From Mobula hypostoma (Eukaryota): 64,000 nt of DNA. The stretch lies in the NCBI RefSeq assembly GCF_963921235.1, contig NC_086103.1, forward strand, positions 24,738,001 to 24,802,000. Reading direction: 5' to 3'. Below are positions 53,701-64,000 of this stretch, piece by piece. Each line of letters opens with the position of its first letter. The first letter of the stretch is position 1. The notes under the pieces were generated by a model. That model saw only the letters and a list, made by a program, of their open reading frames with translations, did not search any database and had not been told where the DNA came from. A program made the translations under genes and the position numbers.

Positions 53701-56700
53701 AGTTTTCTCTCATAATCTTTTTTCCCCTTCCTAATTAAGCCCTTTGTCCTCCTCTGCTGAACTCTGAATTTCTCCCAGTCCTCAGGTGAGCCACTTTCTC
53801 TGGCTAATTTGTATGCTACTTCTTTGGAATTGATACTATCCCTAATTTCTCTTGTCAGCCACGGGTGCACTACCTTCCTTGATTTATTCTTTTGCCAAAC
53901 TGGGATGAACAATTGTTGTAGTTCATCCATGCAACCTTTAAATGCTTGCCATTGCATATCCACCGTCAATCCTTTAAGTGTCATTTGCCAGTCTATCTTA
54001 GCTAATTCACGTCTCATACCTTCAAAGGTACCCCTCTTTAAGTTCAGAACCTTTGTTTCTGAATTAACTATCTCACTCTCCATCTTAATGAAGAATTCCA
54101 CCATATTATGGTCACTCTTACCCAAGGGGCCTCTCACGACAAGATCGCTAATTAACCCTTCCTCATTGCTCAAAACCCAGTCCAGAATAGCCTGCTCTCT
54201 AGTTGGTTCCTCAACATGTTGGTTCAAAAAACCATCCCGCATACATTCCAAGAAATCCTCTTCCTCAGCACCTTTACCAATTTGGTTCACCCAGTCTACA
54301 TGTAAATTGAAGTCACCCATTATAACTGCTGTTCCCTTATTGCACACATTTCTAATTTCCTGTTTAATACCATCTCCGACCTCACTACTACTGTTAGGTG
54401 GCCTGTACACAACTCCCACCAGCGTCTTCTGCCCCTTAGTGTTACGCAGCTCTACCCATATCGATTCCACATCTTCCCAGCTTATGTCCTTCCTTTCTAT
54501 TGCGTTAATCTCTTCTTTAACCAGCAACGCCACCCCACCTCCCCTTCCTTCATGTCTATCCCTCCTGAATATTGAATATCCCTGAACGTTGAGCTCCCAT
54601 CCCTGGTCACCCTGGAGCCATGTCTCTGTGATCCCAACTATATCATAATCATTAATAACAATCTGCACTTTCAATTCATCCACCTTATTACGAATGCTCC
54701 TTGCAGTGACACATAAAGCCTTCAGGCGCTCTTTTACAACTCTCTTAGCCCTTTTTAATGCTTGCCCTGGATTTGTCGGCCTGCCACTTTTACTTTTCTC
54801 CTTTGTACTTTTTGCTTCTACGCTCACTTTACACCCCTCTGTCTCTCTGCACTGGTTCCCATCCCTCTGTTGTGAACTAACCTCCTCACGCCTAGCCTCT
54901 TTAATTTGATTCCCACCCCCCAACCACGGGCTATGGAGTGACTTTTAAGGACTGTACAGTTCATGTTCACAGTATTATTTATTGTATTTGCACAGTTTGT
55001 CATCTTTTGCACATTGGTTGGTTGTCAGTCTTTGTGTAGCTTTTTATTGATTCCATTGAATTTCTCTGTTCTGTGAATGCCTACAAGAAAATGAATCTTG
55101 GGTTAGTATATGTTGACATATTGGTACTTTGATTATGAATTTACTTTGAACACTTGCCTCTCTATTTCCTGGTGATAATTTGATTCATCACCTCTGGTGA
55201 TCAGTCCAGTGACAACAGTGTTAATTGTCTGCAAACTTATCAGTTTAATAGATGGGTCGCTGGAGATGCAGTCATTGGTGTGTAGAGAAAATAAAGCAGG
55301 AGAGAACTCACCATGTGGCACACCAGTGCTGATTGAACAGGATGTGCCGATGTGCTTTCTTAGTCTCCTATACTGGCTCCTATCGCAGAGGGAAGAATCA
55401 ATAAATATATAAAATAATGTTTATAAAAATAAACATGGTGCAAAGAGTAGTTACAGTGATGCTAGAAAGTTTCTGAATCCTGTCGAATTTTCTGTATTTT
55501 TGTATAAATATAACCTAAAATGTAATTAGATCTTCATGTAAGTCCTAAAACCAAATAAAGCAAACCCAATTAAATAAATAACACAAAAAATTATACTTGT
55601 TCATTTACTGAGGGAAAATGATCCAATACTACATGTATTTGTTGGAAAAAGTATGCGAACTTCTGGGTTAATGCCTTCTACAAAAACTATTTGGAGTCGG
55701 GTGTTGCATTCAATGAGATAAGATTGGAGGTGTGGGTTGTAGAGGTGTCCTGCCCTATTAAAAAAAACTACACACAGTCAGTTTACTACAGCGCCTGGTC
55801 TTTTCAAGAACGATGCTTATGTGCACCGTGCCTCGATCAAAACAACTTTCAGAGGACCTTAGTATATGAATTATAGCGGTGCGTGAACCTGGAAAAGCAT
55901 TTCTAAAGACCTAAGTGTTCATCAGTCCACAGTAAGAGAAATTATCTACAAATGGAGGAAACTCCCAAGGAGTGGGCATCCTGCAAAGATCACACCAAGA
56001 GCACAAGGAGGTGAAAAAGAACCCAAGGGTAACAGCAAAAGAACCTGCAGAAATCTCTAAAACTTGCTAAAGTCTCTGTTCGTGTGTCCAGTATAAGAAA
56101 AACACTGAACAAGAATGGCGTTCATGGATTGGTGCTCTTCAAAAAAAAAAAATTGCTGAATGTCCTAAGTTTGCAAAAGACCACCTGGATGTTCCACAAC
56201 ACTTCTGGGACAATATTCTGTGGACGGATGAGACAAAAGTTGAACTTTTTGTCAAAAATGCACATTGCTATGTTTGGAGAATAAAGGGCACTGCACACCA
56301 ACACCAAAGCCTCATTCCAACTGTGAAGCATTGGGGAAGGAGCATCATGGTCTGGGGCTGCTTACTGCCTCAGGGCCTGGACAGCTTGTGATCGTTGAGG
56401 GAACAATTAATTCAAAATTTTATCAGGACATTTTACGAGAGAATGACAGGGTAGCAATCCATCACCTGAAGCTTAATAGAAGTTGGATAATGCAACAAGA
56501 CAATGATCTGAACGACAAGAGTAAATCAACAACAGAATGTTTTAAAAAGAAGAAAGTTTGTGTTTTGGAATGGATGAGTCAAAGTCCTGACCTTAATCCT
56601 ATAGAAATGTTGTGGAAGGACCTGAAGCAAGCAGTTCATACAAGAAAACTCACCAACATCCTAGAGTTGAAGCAGTTTTGTAAGGAGGAATGGCCTAAAA

Positions 56701-59700
56701 TTCCTCCAAACCAGTGTGCAGGACTGATCAACAGTTAACAGAAACGCGTGGTTGAAGTTATTTGCTGTACAAGGGGATCATACTTGTTACTGAGAGCAAA
56801 GGTTCACATACTTTTTCAAACAAATAGATGTAATAGTAGATCATTTTTCTCTAAGTAAATGAGCAATATAATGTTTTTCATATTGTTTATTTAATTAGGT
56901 TCTCTTTATTTAGTTTTAGGACTTGTGTGAAGATCTGATCACATTTTAGATCATATTTATGCAGAAATAGAGAAAATTATACAGGGTTCACAAGCTTTCT
57001 AGCACCACTGTAAGTTGCTGGGCAAGTATTGAGAAACCTGAACAATTCATTAGGAATTCAAAATCAAATTATTTATAAATTTGAGATTAAAAGTGTACTT
57101 TATATATTATTGTTTCTTTTAAAATAGAAGAAAGCAGGACTGGTCCATTGATGGCAATTAGGGGGTTAAATCGATGAATGAGTTTTACCCTTCATGTGCT
57201 TGTGGGCCTTGGGCAGGAGGTAGAAGCAAGCTGTGTGGATTTGCGGCGGTAAAAGGTAAAAAGCTGTGAAGAGAAGATTTCCTGAACAAATGGAGTGTAT
57301 GATTGTATGGTACAATGGAGTGAGATTGTGGTGCAGAGGGGAGATTAGGAGGTGTCTGAGAGCTCATGTTTGGTCTCTGCGTGATGGAGCATGATTTACG
57401 AGACCACAACATGACCTTTATTGTCAGAGTTGTTTCGTAGTGAAGGAATTCTACAAGTCGACAGGATAGAGCATAAGACACTACATCACAGTAAAGGGCC
57501 CTTCAGTCCATGATGTTAAGCTGAGTTTTTTTTTAATCTTCTCTGAGATCAATCTAATGCTTCCCTCCCACATAGCCCATCATTATTCTATTACCCATTT
57601 GCCTATCCAAGAGTTTCTTAAATGTCTCTAATGTATCTACCTCCACCACTACCTTGGCGGGGTGTTCCACACAACCATCACTCACTGTGGGGGGGGGGGT
57701 GAATTACCTCTGACCTCCCCACACCCCCAACTTTACTTTCCTTCAATCATATTAAAATTACGTCATCTCATACTAGCCATTTCCAGCTTGGAAATAAATC
57801 TCTAGCTATCCACTTGATGTGTTCCACTTATCACATGCATGTCTATCAAGTCACCTTTCATCCTGCTCTCCAAAGAGAAAAGCTCTAGCTCACTCAACCT
57901 ATCCTCATAAGGTATGCTCTCTGATGTAGACAGCATCCTGGTAAATCACCTGTACACCCTCTTAAAGCTTCCACATCCTTCCTATAATGAGGGGACCAGA
58001 GCTGAACACAATATTCCGAAGTGTAATCAGGGTTTTCTGGAGCAGCAGCATTCCCTCACGGCTCTGGAACTCGATCCCTGACTAATGACCAAAACACCAT
58101 ACGCCTTCTTAACCACCCAATCAACTTGTGCTGAAGCTGGGTGATCTATGGACATGGAGCTCAAGAACTCTTTGTTCCTCCAGACTGCTGAGAATTATAC
58201 CAGAGGAATCCTATAGGGAGCCCAGCTCTGGATCTTGTCAGTGTCCTGTTGTAACCTATGACAATATTCTACACTACCAACTTTCCTGGCATCTGCAAAG
58301 TTACTAACTCACCCTTCCACTATCTCATCCAAGACATTTATATAAAAAAAAATCACAAAGAGCTGGGTACTCAGAACAGATCTCTGAGGAACTGCCAGAC
58401 AGAAAATGGTCTGTCTACAACTATCTTCTGCCTTCTGGATGATGATGTGGTAAATTGGATCAACAAATTTGCTGATGATACAAAGATTGGAGGTGTAGTG
58501 GACAGTGAGGAAGATTTTCAGAGCCTGCAGAGGGACTTGGACCAGTTGGAAAAATGGGCTGAAAAATGGCAGATGGAGTTTAATACAGACAAGTGTGAGG
58601 TATTGCACTTTGGAAGGACAAACCAAGGTAGAACATACAGGGTAAATGGTAAGGCACTGAGGAGTGCAGTAGAACAGAAGGATCTGGGAACACAGATACA
58701 AAATTCCCTAAAAGTGGCGTCACAGGAAGATAGGGTCGTAAAGAGAGCTTTTGGTACATTGGCCTTTATTAATCAAAGTATTGAGTATAAGAGCTGGAAT
58801 GTTATGATGAGGTTGTATAAGGCATTGGTGAGGCCTAATATGGAGTATTGTGTTCAGTTTTGGTCACCAAATTACAGGAAGGGTATTAATAGGTTGAAAG
58901 AGTGCAGAGAAGGTTTACAAGGATGTTGCCGGGACTTGAGAAACTCAGTTACAGAGAAAGGTTGAATAGGTTAGGACTTTATTCCCTGGAGCGTAGAAGA
59001 ATGAGGGGAGATTTGATAGAGGTATATAAAATTATGATGGGTATAGATAGAGTGAATGCAAGCAGGCTTTTTCCACTGAGGCAAGGGGAGAAAAAAACCA
59101 GAGGACATGGGTTAAGGGTGAGGGGGGAGAAGTTTAAAGGGAACATTGGGGGGGCTTCTTCACACAGAGAGTGGTGGAAATATGGAATGAGCTGCCAGAC
59201 GAGGTGGTAAATGCGGGTTCTTTTTTAACATTTAAGAATAAATTGGACAAATACATGGATGGGAGGTGTATGGAGGGATATGGTCCGTGTGCAGGTCAGT
59301 GGGACTAGGCAGAAAATAGTTCGGCACAGCCAAGAAGGGCCAAAAGGCCTGTTTCCGTGCTGTAGTTTTTCTATGGTTTCTGTGGTTTCTATGGGGAAGC
59401 AAATTTTGAATCCACAAAGCCAAGTTTCCCTGAATCCCATACCTCCTGACTTTTCTATTGAGCCTGGCATGGGTAACCTTGTCAAATGTCTTACTAAAAT
59501 CCTTACACACTGCTCTGCCTTCACCAGTGTACTTAGTCACATCCTCAAGGAATTCAATTAGGCTCGTGAGGCATTACCTACCCTTCACAAGCCACATGGA
59601 CTATTGCTAACTGGACTGTGCTTCTCTAAGTGTTTGTAAATCCTGTTTCTAAGAATCTTCTCAAATAATTTGTCTACCACTGAAGAAAGATTCAATGATC

Positions 59701-62700
59701 TATGATTCCCAAGGGTTTCCCTGCTCCCTTTGTTTTAGCAAAGGAATAACATTTTTTTTAGATTAGATTAGATTATGAGAACTCCCAGTCCTCTTTTATT
59801 GTCATTTAGAAATGCATACATACATTAAGAAATAATACAATAACATTTTCCACTCTCTAATAATCTGGTACTACTTATGTGGTTAGTGAGGATGAAACGA
59901 TCATTGTCAAAAGCACAGCAGCAATCTCTTCCTTCGCTTCCTAGAGTAACCTAGAGTATATCCAGTCTGGTTCCAGGGACTTATCTACCCTAATGTTTTT
60001 CAAAGGTTTCAGCACGTGTCCAGGATGATATATTAATACAAGTAATGGAGTTAGCAGTAGTTAAGTTGAGAGAAGATAATGTGAAGGGAGGTCTACTTGA
60101 TTTAGGAATTCTGAATGTGGGAGAAGGAGCTGCAGCCTGGGATAAGCATTCTTTCCCAAAAATATGGCAGCAGCAGAAGAAAAGTTAAGATGGGAATGTG
60201 GGGTTGATCCTTCGAGATAAGACTGGTGAAGGTTAGAGAAGATGATGAAAACATCAGGAAAGGCTTGTGATCTGCACCAGCTGTTCATATGACCATCCAC
60301 TACCTGCTCCCATGGTTTCATTTGACCCTCATTAGGTGGGGGGGTGGGGTGCAGAATGGCTAAGCAGGTGCTACACCTTGCCCAAGGGTGAGCTGGAGGC
60401 TAGTGGAGGGAAGGTGCCTTACACCTCCTTTGGTAGAGATGTATCTCCACCCAGCCACCCTCAAATGTAGTTTCAGCAGGCTAATTAAGAGCTGCAGTAC
60501 TGCCAGTAAGTGTATATGTTGTGATCTGAAAGCATAGAGTGGTACAGTGGTGCAGAAGATAGAGCCTCTGCCTCAGCACCAGAGCTCTATCCTGACTTTA
60601 GATGCTGGCCGCATGGGTTTCCCTCAGGTACTCCAGTTTCTTCCCATATCCCAAGGATGTGTGAGTTAATAGGTATTTGGCCTCTGCAAATCTTCATAGT
60701 GTGCTGGTGAGTAGAAGAATATGGGGGAATTTGATGGAGTACTGTGAGCAGTTCTCGTCTCCTTACTTGAGGAAGGATATACTGGCTTTGGAGGCAGTGC
60801 AGAGGAGGTTCACCAGGTTGATTCCAGAGATGAGGGGGTTAGATTATGAGGAGAGAATGAGTCACCTGGGACTGTACTCACTGGAATTCAGAAGGATGAG
60901 AGGAGATCTTATAGAAACATCAAATTATGAAAGGAATAGATAAGATAGAGGCAGGAAAGTTGTTTCCACTGGTAGGTGAGACTAGAACTAGTGTCATAGC
61001 CTCAGGATTTGGGGGAGTAGATTCAGGACGGAGATGAGGAGGAACTGCTTTTCCCAGAGAGTGGTGAATCTGTGGAATTCTCTGCCCAATGAAGCAGTGG
61101 AGGCTACTCAGTAAACATGTTTAAGACAAGGTTCGATAGATTTTTATATAGTAGGGGAATTAAGGGTTATGGGGAAATGGCAGGTAGGTGGAGATGAGTC
61201 CAAGGCTCGATCAGCCATGATCTTATTGAATGATGGAGCAGGCTCGATGGGCCAGATAGCCTACTCCTACTCCGATTTCTTATGTTCTTATGTAAGGGCC
61301 ATCTTTCTTTGACTATGAAGAGTAGCTAGCGCATCAGAAAGTAGTGCAAAAAGTTCTTTTTTTTTCATCCCAGAGTGGTTCTCAACAAGAACCCTCTTTG
61401 AGATGATGCAGACAGTAAGGACTGCTCATCACATTGATGGATTTGGAGTTGCATATACACCCGATGTAGAAAGGTAAATAGATTTTCTTCCCTGAAGGAT
61501 ATTAGTGAATTAGGTGGATTCTGCTAGTTCCATGAGGACTATTAATTGGTACCAAATTGGTGTCCAAGTTTTTTGGAAGAACTGATGACCAAGTTGCTGT
61601 AAAAATAGCTATACAGGGAGCTCATTTAAAGGAATTGAGAACTTACTGTAATGGCGAATGATCTTGGAAGTACTAAGCACTACTGTCCTCCTTAGTAATT
61701 GAAAATAGTTTGTGACATATATCTATGTATAATTGTACTCAATTAAGTTCTTGTAAAGCATACATCAATTTCCTCTCTAATCACCGAACAAGTAGAAAAA
61801 TCAATTACTGTTGCACAGAAGTATACAATTTTGAAGAATGATTTTCATTCACTTTAAGGAGCAAGACGTTCTTGTGAAAGATTTGAAAAATTGGAAAAGA
61901 AACAATTTTGCGAAGAGCAACACACAAAATGCTGGAAGAACTCAGCAGATCAGACAGCATCAGGCCTGGACTGGAAGGGAAGAGGGAGGAAGCCAGGATA
62001 ATTAGTGGGGGGTGGGGGGAATTTTGAAAAGACCTGTATATTTGTGCGAATATGCAAAACTTTTAAGCTGTTCATTTCAGTTTTAAAATAGTTCTTAAAA
62101 TATTCTTTTATTGTATGAAACATTAATAGTGATAAAACATACATTAAACTATTTTGTTTGAATTTTTTTGTGTGGTGTTATATATCACCTTAGGATGACT
62201 TGCTTAACTTTGTGTTGTTTTAAATCAGGAAATCAAGAGCGAGGCTGGAATGATCCTCCTCAGTTTTCATATGGTTTGCAGACTCGAGCACAAATTGGTC
62301 AAAAGAAACCATTTCTCACAAAGAGAGTAATAGCACCTCAGATGGATACAGCACCAAAAGGTGAGCATCAATTATTTGCTGCAAATTCTGCCAAAGATTT
62401 GGAACCTTTAGAAAAAATGTACTTTTATGTCAAATTGTGATAATTATGAATTATTTTTGTATAATCATGATTTCCCATTTGAGTCTGTGTTTCCCAGCTT
62501 CTACAACTATTTGGATTTTTATTCGGATTACAACAGCCGAAAATGTTCTGTTACTGGGTATCCTCAGTATAAAAAGGCTTTAATTTTTAAATAAATGTGT
62601 AACTATTATTTCTATTCACTTCACTGCTCCAATCAATAGTGATCAGGCAGCTCCTGCATATGCTAATTTTTAGCTTGACTTTTGGAGGCACAGAACAATA

Positions 62701-63213
62701 AAACAGAAAATTTCCTTAATGTCCCTTTGCCTCGTGAGAGCAATTAGAGAGAAATGTTTTCAAGTTTACATTTCCTCTGAGCCATAATTGGTAAATCACC
62801 ACATGGAAGAGTGCATATCCTGCACACCAGGCAGCTCCTCTAAGTCAGAGATTAATGCAGTCCCTCCATAGATGTGGCAGAAATTACTTTTATAAGAGCA
62901 CATGCTGTATTTCATTGGCTGCAATGATGTGATTATTTAATAAATTGAATATTAAATGTCAGGTTACTAAAAAGTATTGTGCATTTTTCCTGTAGTTTGT
63001 GGACCTACTGGAATTCCCCCTGGATTGACACCATCTGGCAGTTCCACACCCAGCCAGCAAAGACTTCCACCTCCACCCAAACTTCCTAGTTTGTCGAACA
63101 CTTGCCAACCTCTTCAAAGCACAACGGTTATTTCTGAATGCAATGTAAAGGAGGTGGAAGATGTTTTAACTCCTTTAAATAAGGCGCTGGAGGCTTGTAG
63201 GACATCAGTTAAG
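38591..63213 (+). CDS. SRA1: Steroid receptor RNA activator 1 protein (SRAP), exons 1-3; continues beyond window
   Basis: Exons 38591-38615, 62229-62360 and 62996-63213 join in frame: [27 protein letters not shown]...LTKRVIAPQ...[20 protein letters not shown]. Confidence 0.93.
38777..38919. mobile_element. Short fold-back PLE derivative at the start of SRA1 intron 1
   Basis: Perfect 12-bp TSD ATGGTATCCCGG (38765-38776/38920-38931); hammerhead remnant gggtcccggtccGAAAGTCgactg. Confidence 0.8.
38955..40160 (-). mobile_element. Rex1/Babar-like LINE fragment with nested plus-strand CR1 3' end (about 39160-39450)
   Basis: [34 protein letters not shown]; 3' UTR ending gataataaatttactttgaactttg. 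Confidence 0.75.
40213..41792 (-). mobile_element. Tc1-family transposon, near full length, defective
   Basis: About 214-bp TIRs (CAAACCCCATTTCCAG...) with inner direct repeat AAAAGTTGGGA; TA TSD. The transposase is frameshifted, first D changed to G (WSGES), and the catalytic-E segment is deleted. Confidence 0.93.
43920..44401 (-). repeat. ERV 3' LTR
   Basis: Direct repeat of 51350-51762; TATAAAA about 44103-44109, AATAAA about 43998-44003, duplicated CCAAT-containing segment. Confidence 0.85.
45620..46331 (-). pseudogene. Retroviral integrase remnant
   Basis: [14 protein letters not shown]...[17 protein letters not shown]....[13 protein letters not shown]; C-terminal PGEWVLIK...[18 protein letters not shown]. 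Confidence 0.8.
46332..47019 (-). mobile_element. CR1 (HER1-like) 3' fragment inside the ERV
   Basis: Near-identical to 14094-14620; (TTTCTATG) tail. Confidence 0.9.
46399..46552. mobile_element. Tc1/mariner-pogo (Tigger-like) MITE, 154 bp, inside the CR1
   Basis: TA-CAGGTCGACCTTCACTAAT...ATTAGTGAAGGTCAACCTG-TA. Confidence 0.85.
47020..47390 (-). pseudogene. Retroviral RNase H remnant
   Basis: [15 protein letters not shown]...[28 protein letters not shown]...[10 protein letters not shown]. Confidence 0.75.
47403..47829 (+). mobile_element. PLE 3' fragment (second subfamily) inside ERV pol
   Basis: MNIEFYNFR* endonuclease end; hammerhead-like CTGACGA...GAAATGTT 47704-47731; perfect 12-bp TSD AGTCATCAGTAT (47391-47402/47830-47841). 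Confidence 0.85.
47948..49141 (-). mobile_element. hAT Charlie3/MER1-like non-autonomous transposon carrying a CR1 3' fragment (48307-48535)
   Basis: TIRs CAGGGGTCCCCAA/CAGCGGTCCCCAA; perfect 8-bp TSD GTCTACCT; dimerisation domain [16 protein letters not shown]...[28 protein letters not shown]. Confidence 0.92.
49840..50320 (+). mobile_element. CR1 fragment (internally deleted) inside the ERV gag region
   Basis: [19 protein letters not shown] motif joined to a CR1 3' UTR. Confidence 0.8.
51330..51347 (-). other. Primer-binding site, tRNA-Ser-like
   Basis: TGGCCAAGTTGGCAGGAT, 2 nt after the LTR end; 15/18 match to recalled tRNA-Ser PBS TGGCGTAGTCGGCAGGAT. Confidence 0.65.
51350..51762 (-). 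repeat. ERV 5' LTR
   Basis: TGTTGAATCTGAC...AATCCAACA followed by the PBS. Confidence 0.85.
51819..54925 (-). mobile_element. Young CR1 LINE, 5'-truncated, with uninterrupted EN-RT ORF
   Basis: (TTTCTATG)3 tail 51819-51842; open frame 51918-54923. Confidence 0.95.
51918..54923 (-). CDS. CR1 ORF2: APE endonuclease and reverse transcriptase (1001 codons open)
   Basis: GITETW, MGDFN, GKSDHN (EN); [25 protein letters not shown] (RT). The track's start is a TTG at the truncation point, not a true initiator. Confidence 0.93.
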   Translation of the reverse strand: MGGGNQIKEARREEVSSQQRDGNQCRETEGCKVSVEAKSTKEKSKSGRPTNPGQALKRAKRVVKERLKALCVTARSIRNKVDELKVQIVINDYDIVGITETWLQGDQGWELNVQGYSIFRRDRHEGRGGGVALLVKEEINAIERKDISWEDVESIWVELRNTKGQKTLVGVVYRPPNSSSEVGDGIKQEIRNVCNKGTAVIMGDFNLHVDWVNQIGKGAEEEDFLECMRDGFLNQHVEEPTREQAILDWVLSNEEGLISDLVVRGPLGKSDHNMVEFFIKMESEIVNSETKVLNLKRGTFEGMRRELAKIDWQMTLKGLTVDMQWQAFKGCMDELQQLFIPVWQKNKSRKVVHPWLTREIRDSINSKEVAYKLARESGSPEDWEKFRVQQRRTKGLIRKGKKDYERKLAGNIKTDCKSFYRYVKRKRLVKTNVGPLQTETGELIMGSKDMADQLNNYFGSVFTKEDINNLPEIVRDRGSSEMEELSEIHVSREVVLGKLKGLKADKSPGPDGLHPRVLKEVAQEIVDALVIIFQNSLDSGLVPEDWRVANVTPLFKKGGREKPGNYRPVSLTSVVGKLLESVIKDVITAHLESGEMIGQSQHGFVKGKSCLTNLIEFFEDVTSRVDRGEPVDVVYLDFQKVFDKVPHRRLVCKLKAHGIGGKVLVWVENWLADRKQRVGINGTFSEWQGVTSGVPQGSVLGPQLFTIYINELDEGIKCSISKFADDTKLGGSVSSEEDAKRMQGDLDRLGEWANSWQMQFNVDKCEVIHFGGKNRKTDYYLNGGRLGKGEVQRDLGVIIHQSLKVGMQVQQAVKKANGMLAFIARGFEYRSREVLLQLYKALVRPHLEYCVQFWSPNLRKDIFAIEAVQRRFTRLIPGMAGLSYEERLDELGLYSLEFRRLRGDLIETYKILKGLDRLDAGRLFPMLGKSRTRGHSLRIEGKPFRPEIRKNFFTQRVVNLWNSLPQETVEASSLAMFKRELDMALVATGVRGYGGKAGAGF
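55454..57010 (+). mobile_element. Tc1 (DD34E) transposon, near full length, defective
   Basis: TA-CAGTGATGCTAGAAAG...CTTTCTAGCACCACTG-TA, long TIRs; LWTDETK, QQDND-34aa-E (SPDLNPIE); frameshifted. Confidence 0.92.
57470..60010 (-). mobile_element. Older minus-strand CR1 split by a younger plus-strand CR1 and a family A tail
   Basis: CR1 3' end about 57470; RT remnants ([14 protein letters not shown]) resume after 59391. Confidence 0.7.
58437..59393 (+). mobile_element. CR1 3' fragment (young, frameshifted)
   Basis: [13 protein letters not shown]...[13 protein letters not shown]; (GTTTCTATG)n tail. Confidence 0.9.
60535..61295 (+). mobile_element. V-SINE-like fragment followed by CR1 3' fragment (about 60733-61293)
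   Basis: atgggtttccctcaggtactccagtttcttcccatatcccaag; [29 protein letters not shown]; ttcttatg tail. Confidence 0.75.
62229..62360 (+). CDS. SRA1: SRA1 exon 2
   Basis: 132 nt, cag/gtgagc; [14 protein letters not shown] motif. Confidence 0.94.
62996..63213 (+). CDS. SRA1: SRA1 exon 3 (Pro-rich linker and start of helical domain)
   Basis: 218 nt, tag/gtaagc. Confidence 0.9.
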
Positions 63214-63705
63214 GTAAGCAATTAATTCCTAAAGTAGGGATTACTTTGAAGGTATATTGGAACAGGAGAATGCTATTGAGCCCGTGGAGATCATAAATGA
63301 TGTGACTGCACATAGTGTGGGGAAGTAATTTGTGCTGCTGCCACAGAATTCCAGAGACTTAGTTTTGATCCTGATCTCAGAAGCTGTCTTCATGGAACTG
63401 GCACTTTCTCCCTTTGTGGGTGTCTTCTTAGCTTTCAATGACAAGCTGGAAGGTTAATTGACTGTTGTTGATAACTCATAGTATTGGTCAGGGGAAGGGG
63501 AATCATAAGGGCAGTGTTTATATAGAAGGTGATTTTAGCTGTGTATGGAAATTAGGTATTTACAAATGGTATCTTGTTGGATTGTAGGAAACAAAGCACA
63601 CCCTGATGGTCAATGTACTCACTTCTATTGTTCAGATTATAGTTTGAGGAAAGGGATTACAAACCAAGCATATTCTCAGAAAGAGAAATATAGTAGGTGG
63701 ATGAC

Positions 63706-64000
63706 AGACACAAGAAAATCTGAAGATTCTGGAAATCCAAAGCAACACACACAAAATGCTGGAGGAACTGTAGTCAATGGTTGCCTCTCTGACTTGGGGG
63801 CCTGTAACTAGTGGAGTGCCACAGGGAATGGTGTTGGGTCCATTGTAGGTTGTAATCAATATCAAGTATCTGGATGATAATGTGGTTAACTGGATCAGCA
63901 AATTTGCTGATGACACCAAGACTGGGGGGTTCTAGTGAACAGTGAGGAAGGCTATCATTGACTTGGAGCAGGATCTGGACAAGCTGGAAAAGTGGGCTGA
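63706..64000 (+). mobile_element. PLE tail fragment joined to a CR1 RT fragment (runs off the window)
   Basis: cacaagaaaatctgaagattctgg...ggaggaact then SGVPQGMVLGP...KFADDTK. Confidence 0.75.

Noticed and set aside
53809-54585. 258-aa plus-strand ORF
   Set aside because: Antisense shadow of the CR1 ORF with no independent motif.

Overview
Vertebrate genomic DNA, most likely from a cartilaginous fish (ray or shark; inferred from the CR1/HE1-like SINE/Penelope repeat content). Three spliced housekeeping genes were reconstructed by hand. (1) LARS1 (cytosolic leucyl-tRNA synthetase), minus strand: coding exons 1-17, ATG at 27615, continuing off the left edge. (2) NUDCD2, plus strand: complete, 4 coding exons, 157 aa (28581-33606), head-to-head with LARS1 across a CpG-rich promoter carrying two divergent ZNF143/SBS motifs. 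(3) SRA1, plus strand: exons 1-3 (38591-63213), continuing off the right edge, with a 23.6-kb intron 1. Most other ORFs in the track are repeat-derived or spurious. The introns are packed with transposons: an intact CR1 EN-RT ORF, two near full-length Tc1 elements, hAT elements, L1, Rex1, RTE and SINEs. Two features stand out. One is a two-LTR class I-like endogenous retrovirus (43920-51762; tRNA-Ser-like PBS, PPT, no recognisable env) buried under nested insertions. The other is a family of Penelope-like elements and short derivatives carrying a minimal hammerhead-ribozyme motif, 12-13-bp target-site duplications and frequent fold-back structure; three copies with intact cores lie in the sense of the LARS1 pre-mRNA.
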